DNA of 64,000 nt from the human T2T-CHM13v2.0 reference genome, Homo sapiens, in assembly GCA_009914755.4 (NCBI GenBank), contig CP068257.2, positions 6,816,001 to 6,880,000 of the forward strand, read 5' to 3'. The position numbers were made by a program, and so were the translations under genes. The stretch's first letter is position 1; every line of letters begins with the position of its first letter. The notes beneath the pieces were generated by a model. The model ran no database searches. It saw only the letters and a list, made by a program, of their open reading frames with translations, and was not told where the DNA came from. This document shows positions 40,001-53,571 of this stretch, piece by piece.

Positions 40001-43000
40001 CTGAAGTATATATTATGTACTGTAGATAAAACATCAATGTACACCAAGTATATATTGTATATTGTACAAAAAATATCAAAGCATACAAAGTATATATTAT
40101 ATACTGTACATAACATATCAAAGTACGCAAAGTATATATTATATACTGTATATAAAATATCAAATTACTCAAACTATATACTATATACTGCACATAAAAT
40201 ATCAAACTGCCGAAACTTTATATTATATACTGTACATAAAATATCAAATTACCCAAACTTTATATTTTATACAGTACATAAAATATTAAAGTACACCAAA
40301 TATATATTATATAGTGTACATAAAATATAGAGGTAAACAAACTATACATTATATACTCTACATAAAATATGAAAGTACAAAACTATATATTATATACTGT
40401 ACATAAAATATCAAAGTACCCACACTACATATTATATACTGCACATAGAATATCAATGTACCCAAACTATATATTATATACTGAACATAAAATATCAAAG
40501 TACCCACACTATATATTATATACTGTACATAAAATATCAAATTACACACAATATATATTATATACTGTACATAAAATATCAAAGTACACAATGTTTATAA
40601 TGTATATTGTACATAAAATATGAAAATACCCTATATATTATATACTGTACATAAATATCAAAGGACCAAATATATATATTATATACTGTACATAAAATAT
40701 CAATCTACAAAAACTACATATTCTATACTCTACATAAAATATCAAAGTACACCAAATATATATTCTATACTGTACATAAAATATCAAAGTACACCAACTA
40801 TATATTATATAATATACATAAAATATCAAAGTACACCAAATATATATTCTATACTGTACAACAAATATCAACATTTCCACACTATATATCTTATACTGTA
40901 CATAAAATATCAAAGCACACAAACTGTATATTATACTCTGTACATAAAATATCAAAATACACAAACTACATATTTTATACTGTACATAAAATATCAAGGT
41001 ACAAAAAATATATATTATATACTGTACATAAAATGTCAAAGGACACAAAATATATATTATAAACTGTACATAAAATATCAAAGGACCCAAAATATATATT
41101 ATATATTATAAACAAAATATCAAAGGACCCAAAATATATATTACATACTGTACATAATATATCAAAGTACCCAAAATACATATTATATACTTAACATAAA
41201 ACATCAAAGGACCCAAAATACATATGATATCCAGTACATAAAATATCACACTACTCAAATTATATATTATATACTGTACATAAAATATCAAACTACACAA
41301 ATTGTATATTTTATACTCTACATAAAATATAAAGGTACCCAAACTATATATTATATACTGTACATAAAATATCAAAGAACACAAACTGTATATTATACAC
41401 TATACATAAAATATCAAAGTACACAAACTACATATTATATACTGTACATAAAATATCAAATTACCAAAAATATATATTTTATACTGTACATAAAATATCA
41501 AAGGAACCAAACTATATATTATAAACTGTAGATAAAATATCAAAGAACCCAAAATATATATTACATACTGTAAACAAAATATCGAAGGACCCAAAATATA
41601 TATTGTATACTGTACATAAGATATCAAAGTACCCAAAACACATATTATATACTTTACATAAAACATCAAAGTACCCAAAATATACAAGATATACTGTACA
41701 TAAAATATCACTCTACTCAAATTATAAATTATATACTGTACATAAAATATGAAAGTACCCAAAATTTATATTACATACTCCACATAAAATATCAAAGTAC
41801 ACAAACTGTATATTATACACTGTACATAAAATATCAAAGTACACAAACTATATTTTATATACTGTACAGAAAATATGAAAGTACCCAAACTATACTTTAT
41901 AACTGTACATAAATATCAAAGTAACCAAACTAAATATTATATACTGTACATAAAATATCAAACTCCTCCAACTATATATTCTATACTGTACATAAAATAT
42001 CAAAGTACAGCAAATATATATTCTATACTGTACATAAAATATCAAAGTACACCAAATATATATTCAATACTGTACATAAATCTCAAAGTATGCAAAGTAT
42101 ATATTATATAATGTACATAAAATATCAAAGTATCCGAAGAATATATTATGAACTCTACATAAAATATCAAAGTCAACAAACTTTATATTATACACGGTAC
42201 ATAAAAAATCAAAATACATCAAATATATAGTATATACTGTACATAACATATCAAAGTACCCCAACTATATATTATATACTGTACATAAAATTTCAAAGTA
42301 CCAAAAATAAATATTATATACAGTACATAAAATATAAAATACCCACACTATATATTATATACTGTACATAAAACATCAAAGTACCCAATATTTTTATTGT
42401 ATACTGTACATAAAATATCAAAGTACCCAAAATATATATTATAAACTGTACATAAAATATCAAAGGACCCAAAATATATATTATATACTGTACATAAAAT
42501 ATAAAATTAACCTAAATATATATTATAAACTGTACATAAGATACCAAAGTACCCAAAATATGTATTATATACCTAAGATAAAACATCAAAGCACCCAAAA
42601 TATATATGATATCCTGAACATAAAATATCACACTACACAAATTATATATTATATAATGTACATAAAATATCAAAGTGCCCAAAATATATGTTATGTACTG
42701 TACATAAAATACCAAAGCACACAAACTGTATATAAAACACTGTACTTAAAATATCAAAGTACACAACTAAATATTGTATACTCTACATAAAATATTAAAG
42801 TACCCAATATATATATTATATACAATACATAAAATATCAAAGGACACAAAATATATATTATAAACTGTATATAAAATTTCAAAGGACCCAAAATATATAT
42901 TATATACTGTACAGAATATATCAAATTACCCAAAATATCTATTATATACTGTACATAAGTTATCAAAGTACCCAAAATATGTATTATGTAGTTTACATAA

Positions 43001-43971
43001 ATCATCAAAGTACCCAAAATATATATGATATCCTATACATAAAATATCACATTATTCCAATTATATATTATATGCTGTACATAAATTATCAAAGAACCCA
43101 AAATTTATATTATATACTGTACATAAAATATCAAAATACACAAACTGTATATTATACACTGTATATAAAATATCAAAGTACACAAGCTACATATTATATA
43201 CTGTACATAAATTATCAATGTACCCAATATATATATTATACACTGTATGTAAAATATCAAAGTACACAAACTCTATATTATACACTGTACATAAAATACC
43301 AAAGTACAAAACTATGTTTTATATACTGTACATGAAATGTGAAAGTACACTAATTATTTTACATACTATACATAAATATCAAAGGACAGAAACTATATAT
43401 TATATACTGTACATAAAATATCAAAGTACCTAAAATATATATTAAATACTGTACATAAAATATCAATGTACACAAACTATATATTACATATCGTACATAA
43501 AATATCAAAGTATGCAAAATATGTAGTATAGACTGTACATAAAATATCAAAGTACCCAGAATATATATTATATACTGTACATAAAATATCAAAGTACACA
43601 AAATATATATTATATAATATACATAAAATATCAAAGTTCCCAGAATATGTATTATATACTGTACATAAAATTACAAAGTAACCAAAATATATATTAAATA
43701 CTGTACATAAAATATCAAAGTACAGAAACTGAATACTATACACAGAACATAATATATCAAAGTACACAGACCATGTTTTACATACTGTACATAAAAAAAC
43801 AAAGAACCCAAACTATATTTTATATACTGTACATAAAATATCAAAGTACCCAAACTATATATTATATACAGTACATAAAATATCAAAGTACCCAAAATAT
43901 ATATTATATACTGTACATAAAATATGAATGTACCCAAACTATATATTACATACTGTATATAAACATTGAAT
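37055..43971 (+). repeat. Classical satellite I, a 42-bp AT-rich repeat (HSat1A/SAR type), ~165 monomers. The + strand reads ACATAAAATATCAAAGT (17 bp) + ACCCAAACTATATATTATATACTGT (25 bp).
   Basis: There is a strict 42-bp periodicity of ...gtacataaaatatcaaagtacccaaactatatattatatact... Stretches at 38400-38650 are near-consensus. The 17+25 bipartite structure matches my recollection of satellite I. Monomers diverge roughly 5-20%, and I see no obvious higher-order repeat. Confidence 0.85.
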
Positions 43972-46378
43972 GCAGCAACACAGGTTCCCCATGAGAAAAA
44001 TGAAACTCAGGGAAAATAAAACCACAAAGGTTTAATCTCTTCTGACTTTTGAGAAACACAACACAGAGAGTGGCCCTTAGGACCAAGAGCAGGAGATCCC
44101 TAATCCCGTCACCAAGGCGATAGGGCACAAACATTGCAGGGTGAGGGCACAATCCACATTGTGAGGTCCAACTGCTGCCGGGAAGAGAGGAGTGTTTTTA
44201 CATATACCCAAAGGTCATTGAAGGCTCAGTGATTTGTTTCAAAAACTGAATCCCAAGCCCACACATTATTATGCTGCGCTTCTTAAAACAAGTTATGAGA
44301 TGGGAAATAGGGCACCCACAAATGTATCTATACATTATGTATATAATAATATATAGAATCATATATATAATATATGTAACTTATATATATATAATATTGT
44401 TTTACATCATGTTCTTATATTATATATATTATATGTAAGGTAATAATTGATAATATATAAGTATTATATTTATACAATATGACATATAATAATTGAATTT
44501 TGTGACATATATAATATATATTATATATGATACATAGAATATATTATATGGTTAATATACGAATTAAATATATAATATGCATAATATATATTACATATAT
44601 TATATCTATGTTATATATAACATACATTATAGATAATATATATATTGTATCTACGTTATATATAATATAAAATAACACAAAATGATATATAAATGTATAT
44701 ATATAATATGACATATAATATACATTATATTTTATGACATATATATAATATATATTATATATTATATATGTAAGACGTTGTATGTATAATGCATATATTA
44801 AATATATATGATATGTCTACGTTATTAATTATATGTAATATATGTTATATATTATATATTTCACATGGAATACACATGTTACCTATAATATATACTATGG
44901 TACCTATAACGTATAATTTATGATATGTAATATACTGTATGTCATATATTATATATAATTCATAATATACAGTATGTGGAATGTGGTATATATGACATAT
45001 AATATATAATATATATAACATACAATATATCATATATAACAAAGAATATATGATACATAATATATATGGTATACAAAATATATATTATGATATATATTAT
45101 ATATGTTTTATATCATATTATATATAACTATTTAAAATTATATATAACTGTATAATAGTATACGTAAATATATAATATAATAAACATGACTATATATTAT
45201 GTTATATATAATTTTATTACATACGTTACATAATATATGATAATATAATGCATATATTATATTATTTTATATTCCATAATATATATTATATATCACATAA
45301 TATATGCTGCATACATAATATTAAAATATATATTATATTATGATATATGAAATATCGTATATATTATGTATCCTATATTGTATAATATACATTATATATT
45401 ATATAACATGAATGTTGTCTATCATATGATATATAAAATTATATATATGATTATATTGTTATACATATAACGATATAAATATGTAATTATATGTATCATT
45501 ATTTATATTATATATTATTATATAATCATTTATAATTATTTATATTATATAAATAATTTTATGATTATATAAATTATAATATATAAATTATACTATGTAA
45601 TAAAAAATATATATATTATATATCATATATGATATAGTATATATGTTATATATCATATTATATATAAATATATGTTATGTTATATACAATTATATATTTT
45701 CATATATAAGATGTATAATATGTATTATCTATTATATATGTTATGTAGTATATATAATGTAAATAAGCTGACACAGGATAAATATTACATATTATGATAT
45801 ATAATATATATGAGGTTATATATTACATATAAAGCATATTACAAAACTTATAATATATATCATGTATAATTTTTTTTTAGACAGAGCCTTGTCCTGTTGC
45901 ACAGCGTGAGGTACAATGGCGCCATCTTTACTCACTGCAACATCTGCCTCACGGGTTCAAGCGATTGTCCTCCCTCAGCCTCCCAGGTAGCTGGGAGTAC
46001 ACCACACTGGGACTACACCAGCTGCCACCATGCCTAGCTAAACTTTTGGATTTTTAGTAGTGACAGCGTTTCACTGTATTGGCCAGGATGGTCTTGATCT
46101 CTTCACCTTGTGATCCCCTTGCCTTGGCCTCCAAATTTCCTGGGATTACAGGCCTGAGCCAAGATACATGTTTTTTAAATGAAAAAGAATTTCAAAGCTA
46201 CTCTGCTTGGGACAAGAATCAAATATATAAACTGAGGAATAAAACATAACCATGAAACATATTTATAACTGCATATGGAAAATACAGAGGATAATTTTTT
46301 AAATAACATATTTTGAAAGCATTAACTAGTAATTTGAAGAGTTGGCATTTGAAAGGCCCGTATGAATATACCTTCAAA
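43972..46378. repeat. 2.4-kb unit U0, variant type B (head)
   Basis: Anchor to anchor. It shares tttatgatatgtaatatactg, caaagaatatatgatacat, gcgtgaggtac and aataattttatgattatataaattataat with U2. Confidence 0.8.
45871..46160 (-). mobile_element. Alu (SINE) fragment, antisense, old and CpG-decayed. It is a fixed part of the 2.4-kb unit.
   Basis: The reverse complement reads GGCTCAGGCCTGTAATCCCAGGAAATTTGGAGGCCAAGG...GGTGAAACGCTGTCACTACTAAAAATCCAAAAATTTAGCTAGGCATGGTGGC...GGGAGGCTGAGGGAGGACAATCGCTTGAACCCGTGAGGCAGATGTTGCAGTGAG...CTCTGTCTAAAAAAAAA. It is clearly Alu, with a poly-A tail read as T9 on the + strand. Confidence 0.9.
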
Positions 46379-46730
46379 GCAGCAACACAGGTTCCCCATG
46401 AGAAAAATCAAACTCAGGGAAAATAAAACCACAAGGGTTCACTCTGTTCTGACCTTTGAAAAACACAGCACAGACAGTGGCCCTTAGGACCAAGAGCAGG
46501 AGATCCCTAATCCCGTCACCACGGCGATAGGGCACAAACATTGCAGGGTGAGGGCACAATCCACATTGTGAGGTCCAGCTGCTGCCGGGAAGACAGGAGT
46601 GCTTTTACATAGACCCAAAGGTCATTGAAGGCTCAGTGTTTTCTTTCAAAAACTGAATCCCAAGCCCACACATTATTATGCTGCGCTTCTTAAAACAAGT
46701 TATGAGATGGGAAATAGGGCACCCACAAAT
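46161..46730. other. GC-richer, non-AT, non-Alu ~570-bp segment of the 2.4-kb unit. It lies immediately next to the Alu 5' end on the + strand, and its origin is unassigned. The example given is U0/U1; the equivalent segment occurs in every unit.
   Basis: aagatacatgttttttaaatgaaaaagaatttcaaagctactctgcttggg...gcagcaacacaggttccccatgagaaaaatcaaactcaggg...gtgagggcacaatccacattgtgaggtccaactgctgccggg...cacccacaaatatatctatacattatg. It is neither satellite-like nor Alu. It is conserved from copy to copy only because the units are ~98% identical. Confidence 0.7.
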
Positions 46731-48779
46731 ATATCTATACATTATGTATATAATAGTATATAGAATCATATATATAATATATGTAACATATATATATACT
46801 ATTCTTTTACACCCTGCATCTTATATTGTATATATTATATGTAATATAGTAACTGAAAATATATAAGTATAATATTTATACAATATGACATATAATAATT
46901 ATATATTATGACATATATAGTATATATTATATATCATATATAGAATATATTATATGGTTAATATACGTACTAAATATATAATATACATTATATATAATAT
47001 ATATATTATATCTATGTTATATATAACATACATTATAGATAATATATATATTATATCTATGTTATATATAATATCAAATAACATAAAAAATAAAATTGTA
47101 TATATATAAAATGACATATAATATATATTATATTTTATGACATATATAATATATATTATATATTATATATGTAATACGTTGTATGTATAATGCATACATT
47201 AAATATATATGATATGTGTACGTTATTAATTATATGTAATATATGTTATATATTATATATTTTACATGGAATACACATGTTACATATAATATATACTATG
47301 TTACCTATAACGTATAATTTATTATATATAATATACTGTATGTCACATATTATATATAATTCATATTATACAGTATGTGGAATGTGGTATATATGACATG
47401 TAATATATGATATATATAACATACAATATATCATATATAACATACAATATATGATACATAATATATATGGTATACAAAATATATATTATGGTATATATTG
47501 TATATGTTTTATATTATATGATATATAACTATTTAAAATTATATATAACTGTATAATATTATACGTAAATATATAATATAATAAACATGACTATATATTA
47601 TGTTATATATAATTTTATTACATACGTTACATAATATATCATAATATACTGCATATATTATATTATTTTATATTCCATAATATATATTATATATCACATA
47701 ATATATGCTGCATACATAATATTAAAATATATATTATATTATGATATATGAAATATCGTATATATTATGTATCCTATATTGTATAATATACATGACATAT
47801 TATATAACATGTATGTTGTCTATCATATGATATATAAAATTATATATATGATTATATTGTTATACATATAACGATATAAATATGTAATTATATGTATCAT
47901 TATTTATATTATATATTATTATATAATCATTTATAATTATTTATATTATATAAATAATTAAATGATTCTACAAATTATAATATATAAATTATACTATGTA
48001 ATAAAAAATATATATATTATATATCATATATGATATAGTATATATGTTATATATCATATTATATATAAATATATGTTATGTTATATACAATTATATATTT
48101 TCATATATAAGATGTATAATATGTATTATCTATTATATATGTTATGTACTATATGTAATGTAAATAAGCTGACACAGGATAAATATTACATATTATGATA
48201 TATAATATCTATGAGGTTATATATTACATATAAAGCATATTACAAAACATATAATATATATCATGTATAATTTTTTTTTAGACAGAGCCTTGTCCTGTTG
48301 CACAGCGTGGGGTACAATGGCGCCATCTTTACTCACTGCAACATCTGCCTCACGGGTTCAAGCGATTGTCCTCCCTCAGCCTCCCAGGTAGCTGGGAGTA
48401 CACCACACTGGGACTACACCAGCTGCCACCATGCCTAGCTAAATTTTTGGATTTTTAGTAGTGACAGCGTTTCACTGTATTGGCCAGGATGGTCTTGATC
48501 TCTTCACCTTGTGATCCCCTTGCCTTGGCCTCCAAATTTCCTGGGATTACAGGCCTGAGCCAAGATACATGTTTTTTAAATGAAAAAGAATTTCAAAGCT
48601 ACTCTGCTTGGGACAAGAATCAAATATATAAACTGAGGAATAAAACATAACCATGAAACATATTTATAACTGCATATGGAAAATACAGAGGATAATTTTT
48701 TAAATAACATGTTTTGAAAGCATTAACTAGTAATTTGAAGAGTTGGCATTTGAAAGGCCCGTATGAATATACCTTCAAA
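46379..48779. repeat. 2.4-kb unit U1, variant type A (head)
   Basis: It carries gtaatatagtaactgaaaat, attatatattatgacatatatagtatat and aaaattgtatatatataaaatgacat. The same set is in U6. Confidence 0.8.
48271..48561 (-). mobile_element. Alu fragment (unit copy)
   Basis: Same sequence as 45871-46160, one period (2400 bp) downstream. Confidence 0.9.
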
Positions 48780-51169
48780 GCAGCAACACAGGTTCCCCAT
48801 GAGAAAAATCAAACTCAGGGAAAATAAAACCACAAGGGTTCACTCTGTTCTGACCTTTGAAAAACACAGCACAGACAGTGGCCCTTAGGACCAAGAGCAG
48901 GAGATCCCTAATCCCGTCACCACGGCGATAGGGCACAAACATTGCAGGGTGAGGGCACAATCCACATTGTGAGGTCCAACTGCTGCCGGGAAGACAGGAG
49001 TGCTTTTACATAGACCCAAAGGTCATTGAAGGCTCAGTGTTTTGTTTCAAAAACTGAATCCCAAGCCCACACATTATTATGCTGTGCTTCTTAAAACAAG
49101 TTATGAGATGGGAAATAGGGCACCCACAAATATATCTACACATTATGTATATAATAGTATATAGAATCATATATATAATATATGTAACATATATATATAC
49201 TATTCTTTTACACCCTGCATCTTATATTATATATATTATATGTAATATAATAATTGAAAATATATAAGTATAATATTTATACAATATGACATATAATAAT
49301 TATATTTTATGACATATATAATATATATTATATATCATATATAGAATATATTATATGGTTAATATACGTACTAAATATATACTATACATTATATATATTA
49401 TATCTATTATATCTATGTTATATGTAACATACATTATAGATAATATATATATCATATCTATGTTATATATAATATAAAATAACAAAATAATATAATTATA
49501 TATATATAATATGACATATAATATATATTATATTTTATGACATATATAATATATATTATATATTATATATGTAATACGTTGTATGTATAATGCATACATT
49601 AAATATATATGATATGTGTACGTTATTAATTATATGTAATATATGTTATATATTATATATTTTACATGGAATACACATGTTACATATAATATATACTATG
49701 GTACCTATAACGTATAATTTATGATATGTAATATACTGTATGTCATATATTATATATAATTCATAATATACAGTATGTGGAATGTGGTATATATGACATA
49801 TAATATATGATATATATAACATACAATATATCATATATAACAAAGAATATATGATACATAATATATATGGTATACAAAATATATATTATGATACATATTA
49901 TATATGTTTTATATCATATTATATATAACTATTTAAAATTATATATAACTGTATAATATTATACGTAAATATATAATATAATAAACATGACTATATATTA
50001 TGTTATATATAATTTTATTACATAAGTTACATAATATATGATAATATAATGCATATATTATATTATTTTATATTCCATAATATATATTATATATCACATA
50101 ATATATGCTGCATACATCATATTAAAATATATATTATATTATGATATATGAAATATCGTATATATTATGTATCCTATATTGTATAATATACATTATATAT
50201 TATATAACATGTATGTTGTCTATCATATGATATATAAAATTATATATATGATTATATTGTTATACATATAACGATATAAATATGTAATTATATGTATCAT
50301 TATTTATATTATATATTATTATATAATCATTTATAATTAATAAATAATTTTATGATTATATAAATTATAATATATAAATTATACTATGTAATAAAAAATA
50401 TATATATTATATATCATATATGATATAGTATATATGTTATATATCATATTATATATAAATATATGTTATGTTATATACAATTATATATTTTCATATATAA
50501 GATGTATAATGTGTATTATCTATTATATATGTTATGTACTATATATAATGTAAATAAGCTGACACAGGATAAATATTACATATTATGATATATAATATAT
50601 ATGAGGTTATATATTACATATAAAGCATATTACAAAACATATAATATATATCATGTATAATTTTTTTTTAGACAGAGCCTTGTCCTGTTGCACAGCGTGA
50701 GGTACAATGGCGCCATCTTTACTCACTGCAACATCTGCCTCACGGGTTCAAGCGATTGTCCTCCCTCAGCCTCCCAGGTAGCTTGGAGTACACCACACTG
50801 GGACTACACCAGCTGCCACCATGCCTAGCTAAATTTTTGGATTTTTAGTAGTGACAGCGTTTCACTGTATTGGCCAGGATGGTCTTGATCTCTTCACCTT
50901 GTGATCCCCTTGCCTTGGCCTCCAAATTTCCTGGGATTACAGGCCTGAGCCAAGATACATGTTTTTTAAATGAAAAAGAATTTCAAAGCTACTCTGCTTG
51001 GGACAAGAATCAATTATATAAACTGAGGAATAAAACATAACCATGAAACATATTTATAACTGCATATGGAAAATACAGAGGATAATTTTTTAAATAACAT
51101 ATTTTGAAAGCATTAACTAGTAATTTGAAGAGTTGGCATTTGAAAGGCCCGTATGAATATACCTTCAAA
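48780..51169. repeat. 2.4-kb unit U2, variant type B
   Basis: It shares the U0 variants. The tail has a small deletion (ttataattaataaataattttatg). Confidence 0.8.
50661..50951 (-). mobile_element. Alu fragment (unit copy)
   Basis: Periodic copy. It carries the gcgtgaggtac variant. Confidence 0.9.
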
Positions 51170-53571
51170 GCAGCAACACAGGTTCCCCATGAGAAAAATC
51201 AAACTCAGGGAAAATAAAACCACAAGGGTTCACTCTGTTCTGACCTTTGAAAAACACAGCACAGACAGTGGCCCTTAGGACCAAGAGCAGGAGATCCGTA
51301 ATCCCGTCACCACGGCGATAGGGCACAAACATTGCAGGGTGAGGGCACAATCCACATTGTGAGGTCCAACTGCCTCCGGGAAGACAGAAGTGCTTTTACA
51401 TAGACCCAAAGGTCATTGAAGGCTCAGTGTTTTGTTTCAAAAACTAAATCCCAAGCCCAGACATTATTATGCTGCGCTTCTTAAAACAAGTTATGAGATG
51501 GGAAATAGGGCACCCACAAATATACCTATACATTATGTATATAATAGTATATAGAATCATATATATAATATATGTAACATATATATATAATATTCTTTTA
51601 CACCCTGCATCTTATATTATATATATTATATGTAATATAATAATTGAAAATATATAAGTATAATATTTATACAATATGACATATAATAATTATATTTTAT
51701 GACATATATAATATATATTATATATCATATATAGAATATATTATATGGTTAATATACGTACTAAATATATACTATACATTATATATATTATATCTATTAT
51801 ATCTATGTTATATATAACATACATTATAGATAATATATATATCATATCTATGTTATATATAATATAAAATAACAAAATAATATAATTATATATATATAAT
51901 ATGACATATAATATATATTATATTTTATGACATATATATAATATATATTATATATTATATATGTAATACGTTGTATGTATAATGCATACATTTAATATAT
52001 ATGATATGTGTACGTTATTAATTATATGTAATATATGTTATATATTATATATTTTACATGGAATACACATGTTACATATAATATATACTATGGTACCTAT
52101 AACGTATAATTTATTATATATAATATACTGTATGTCACATATTATATATAATTCATATTATACAGTATGTGGAATGTGGTATATATGACATGTAATATAT
52201 GATATATATAACATACAATATATCATATATAACATACAATATATGATACATAATATATATGGTATACAAAATATATATTATGACATATATTGTATATGTT
52301 TTATATTATATGATATATAACTATTTAAAATTATATATAACTGTATAATATTATACGTAAATATATAATATAATAAACATGACTATATATTATGTTATAT
52401 ATAATTTTATTACATACGTTACATAATATATCATAATATACTGCATATATTATATTATTTTATATTACATAATATATATTATATATCACATAATATATGC
52501 TGCATACATAATATTAAAATATATATTATATTATGATATATGAAATATCGTATATATTATGTATCCTATATTGTATAATATACATGACATATTATATAAC
52601 ATGTATGTTGTCTATCATATGATATATAAAATTATATATATGATTATATTGTTATACATATAACGATATAAATATGTAATTATATGTATCATTATTTATC
52701 TTATATATTATTATATAATCATTTATAATTATTTATATTATATAAATAATTAAATGATTCTACAAATTATAATATATAAATTATACTATGTAATAAAAAA
52801 TATATATATTATATATCATATATGATATAGTATATATGTTATATATCATATTATATATAAATATATGTTATGTTATATACAATTATATCTTTTCATATAT
52901 AAGATGTATAATATGTATTATCTATTATATATGTTATGTACTATATATAATGTAAATAAGCTGACACAGGATAAATATTACATCTTATGATATATAATAT
53001 CTATGAGGTTATATATTACATATAAAGCATATTACAAAACATATAATATATATCATGTATAATTTTTTTTTAGACAGAGCCTTGTCCTGTTGCACAGCGT
53101 GGGGTACAATGGCGCCATCTTTACTCACTTCAACATCTGCCTCACGGGTTCAAGCGATTGTCCTCCCTCAGCCTCCCAGGTAGCTGGGAGTACACCACAC
53201 TGGGACTACACCAGCTGCCACCATGCCTAGCTAAATTTTTGGATTTTTAGTAGTGACAGCGTTTCACTGTATTGGCCAGGATGGTCTTGATCTCTTCACC
53301 TTGTGATCCCCTTGCCTTGGCCTCCAAATTTCCTGGGATTACAGGCCTGAGCCAAGATACATGTTTTTTAAATGAAAAAGAATTTCAAAGCTACTCTGCT
53401 TGGGACAAGAATCAAATATATAAACTGAGGAATAAAACATAACCATGAAACATATTTATAACTGCATATGGAAAATACAGAGGATAATTTTTTAAATAAC
53501 ATGTTTTGAAAGCATTAACTAGTAATTTGAAGAGTTGGCATTTGAAAGGCCCGTATGAATATACCTTCAAA
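51170..53571. repeat. 2.4-kb unit U3, variant type C (head)
   Basis: It carries tatatataatattcttttac, atgcatacatttaatat and gacatgtaatatatgat...catacaatatatgatacat. It shares the TMVPITYN and YIYNILL artefact-ORF variants with U7. Its tail Alu has the cttcaac variant. Confidence 0.8.
53063..53353 (-). mobile_element. Alu fragment (unit copy)
   Basis: Periodic copy. It carries the ctcacttcaac variant. Confidence 0.9.

Noticed and set aside
37055-43971. Alpha-satellite (171 bp) or beta-satellite (68 bp) identity for the AT-rich block
   Set aside because: The periodicity is strictly 42 bp with the 17+25 structure. There are no CENP-B box or alphoid motifs.
45871-46160. The Alu copies as active or recently inserted mobile elements
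   Set aside because: They are one ancient, CpG-decayed Alu that became part of the repeat unit before amplification. All 8 copies sit at the same position and orientation, and none has target-site duplications of its own.
46374-46559. 61-aa minus-strand ORF MCPHPAMFVPYRRGDGIRDLLLLVLRATVCAVFFKGQNRVNPCGFIFPEFDFSHGEPVLLL repeated in all eight 2.4-kb units, together with the flanking + strand 62-aa and 68-70-aa ORFs
   Set aside because: They recur only because the units are ~98% identical tandem copies. The between-copy differences are mostly nonsynonymous (I>S, L>P, N>K, M>R), and the ORFs are short with no recognisable domain.
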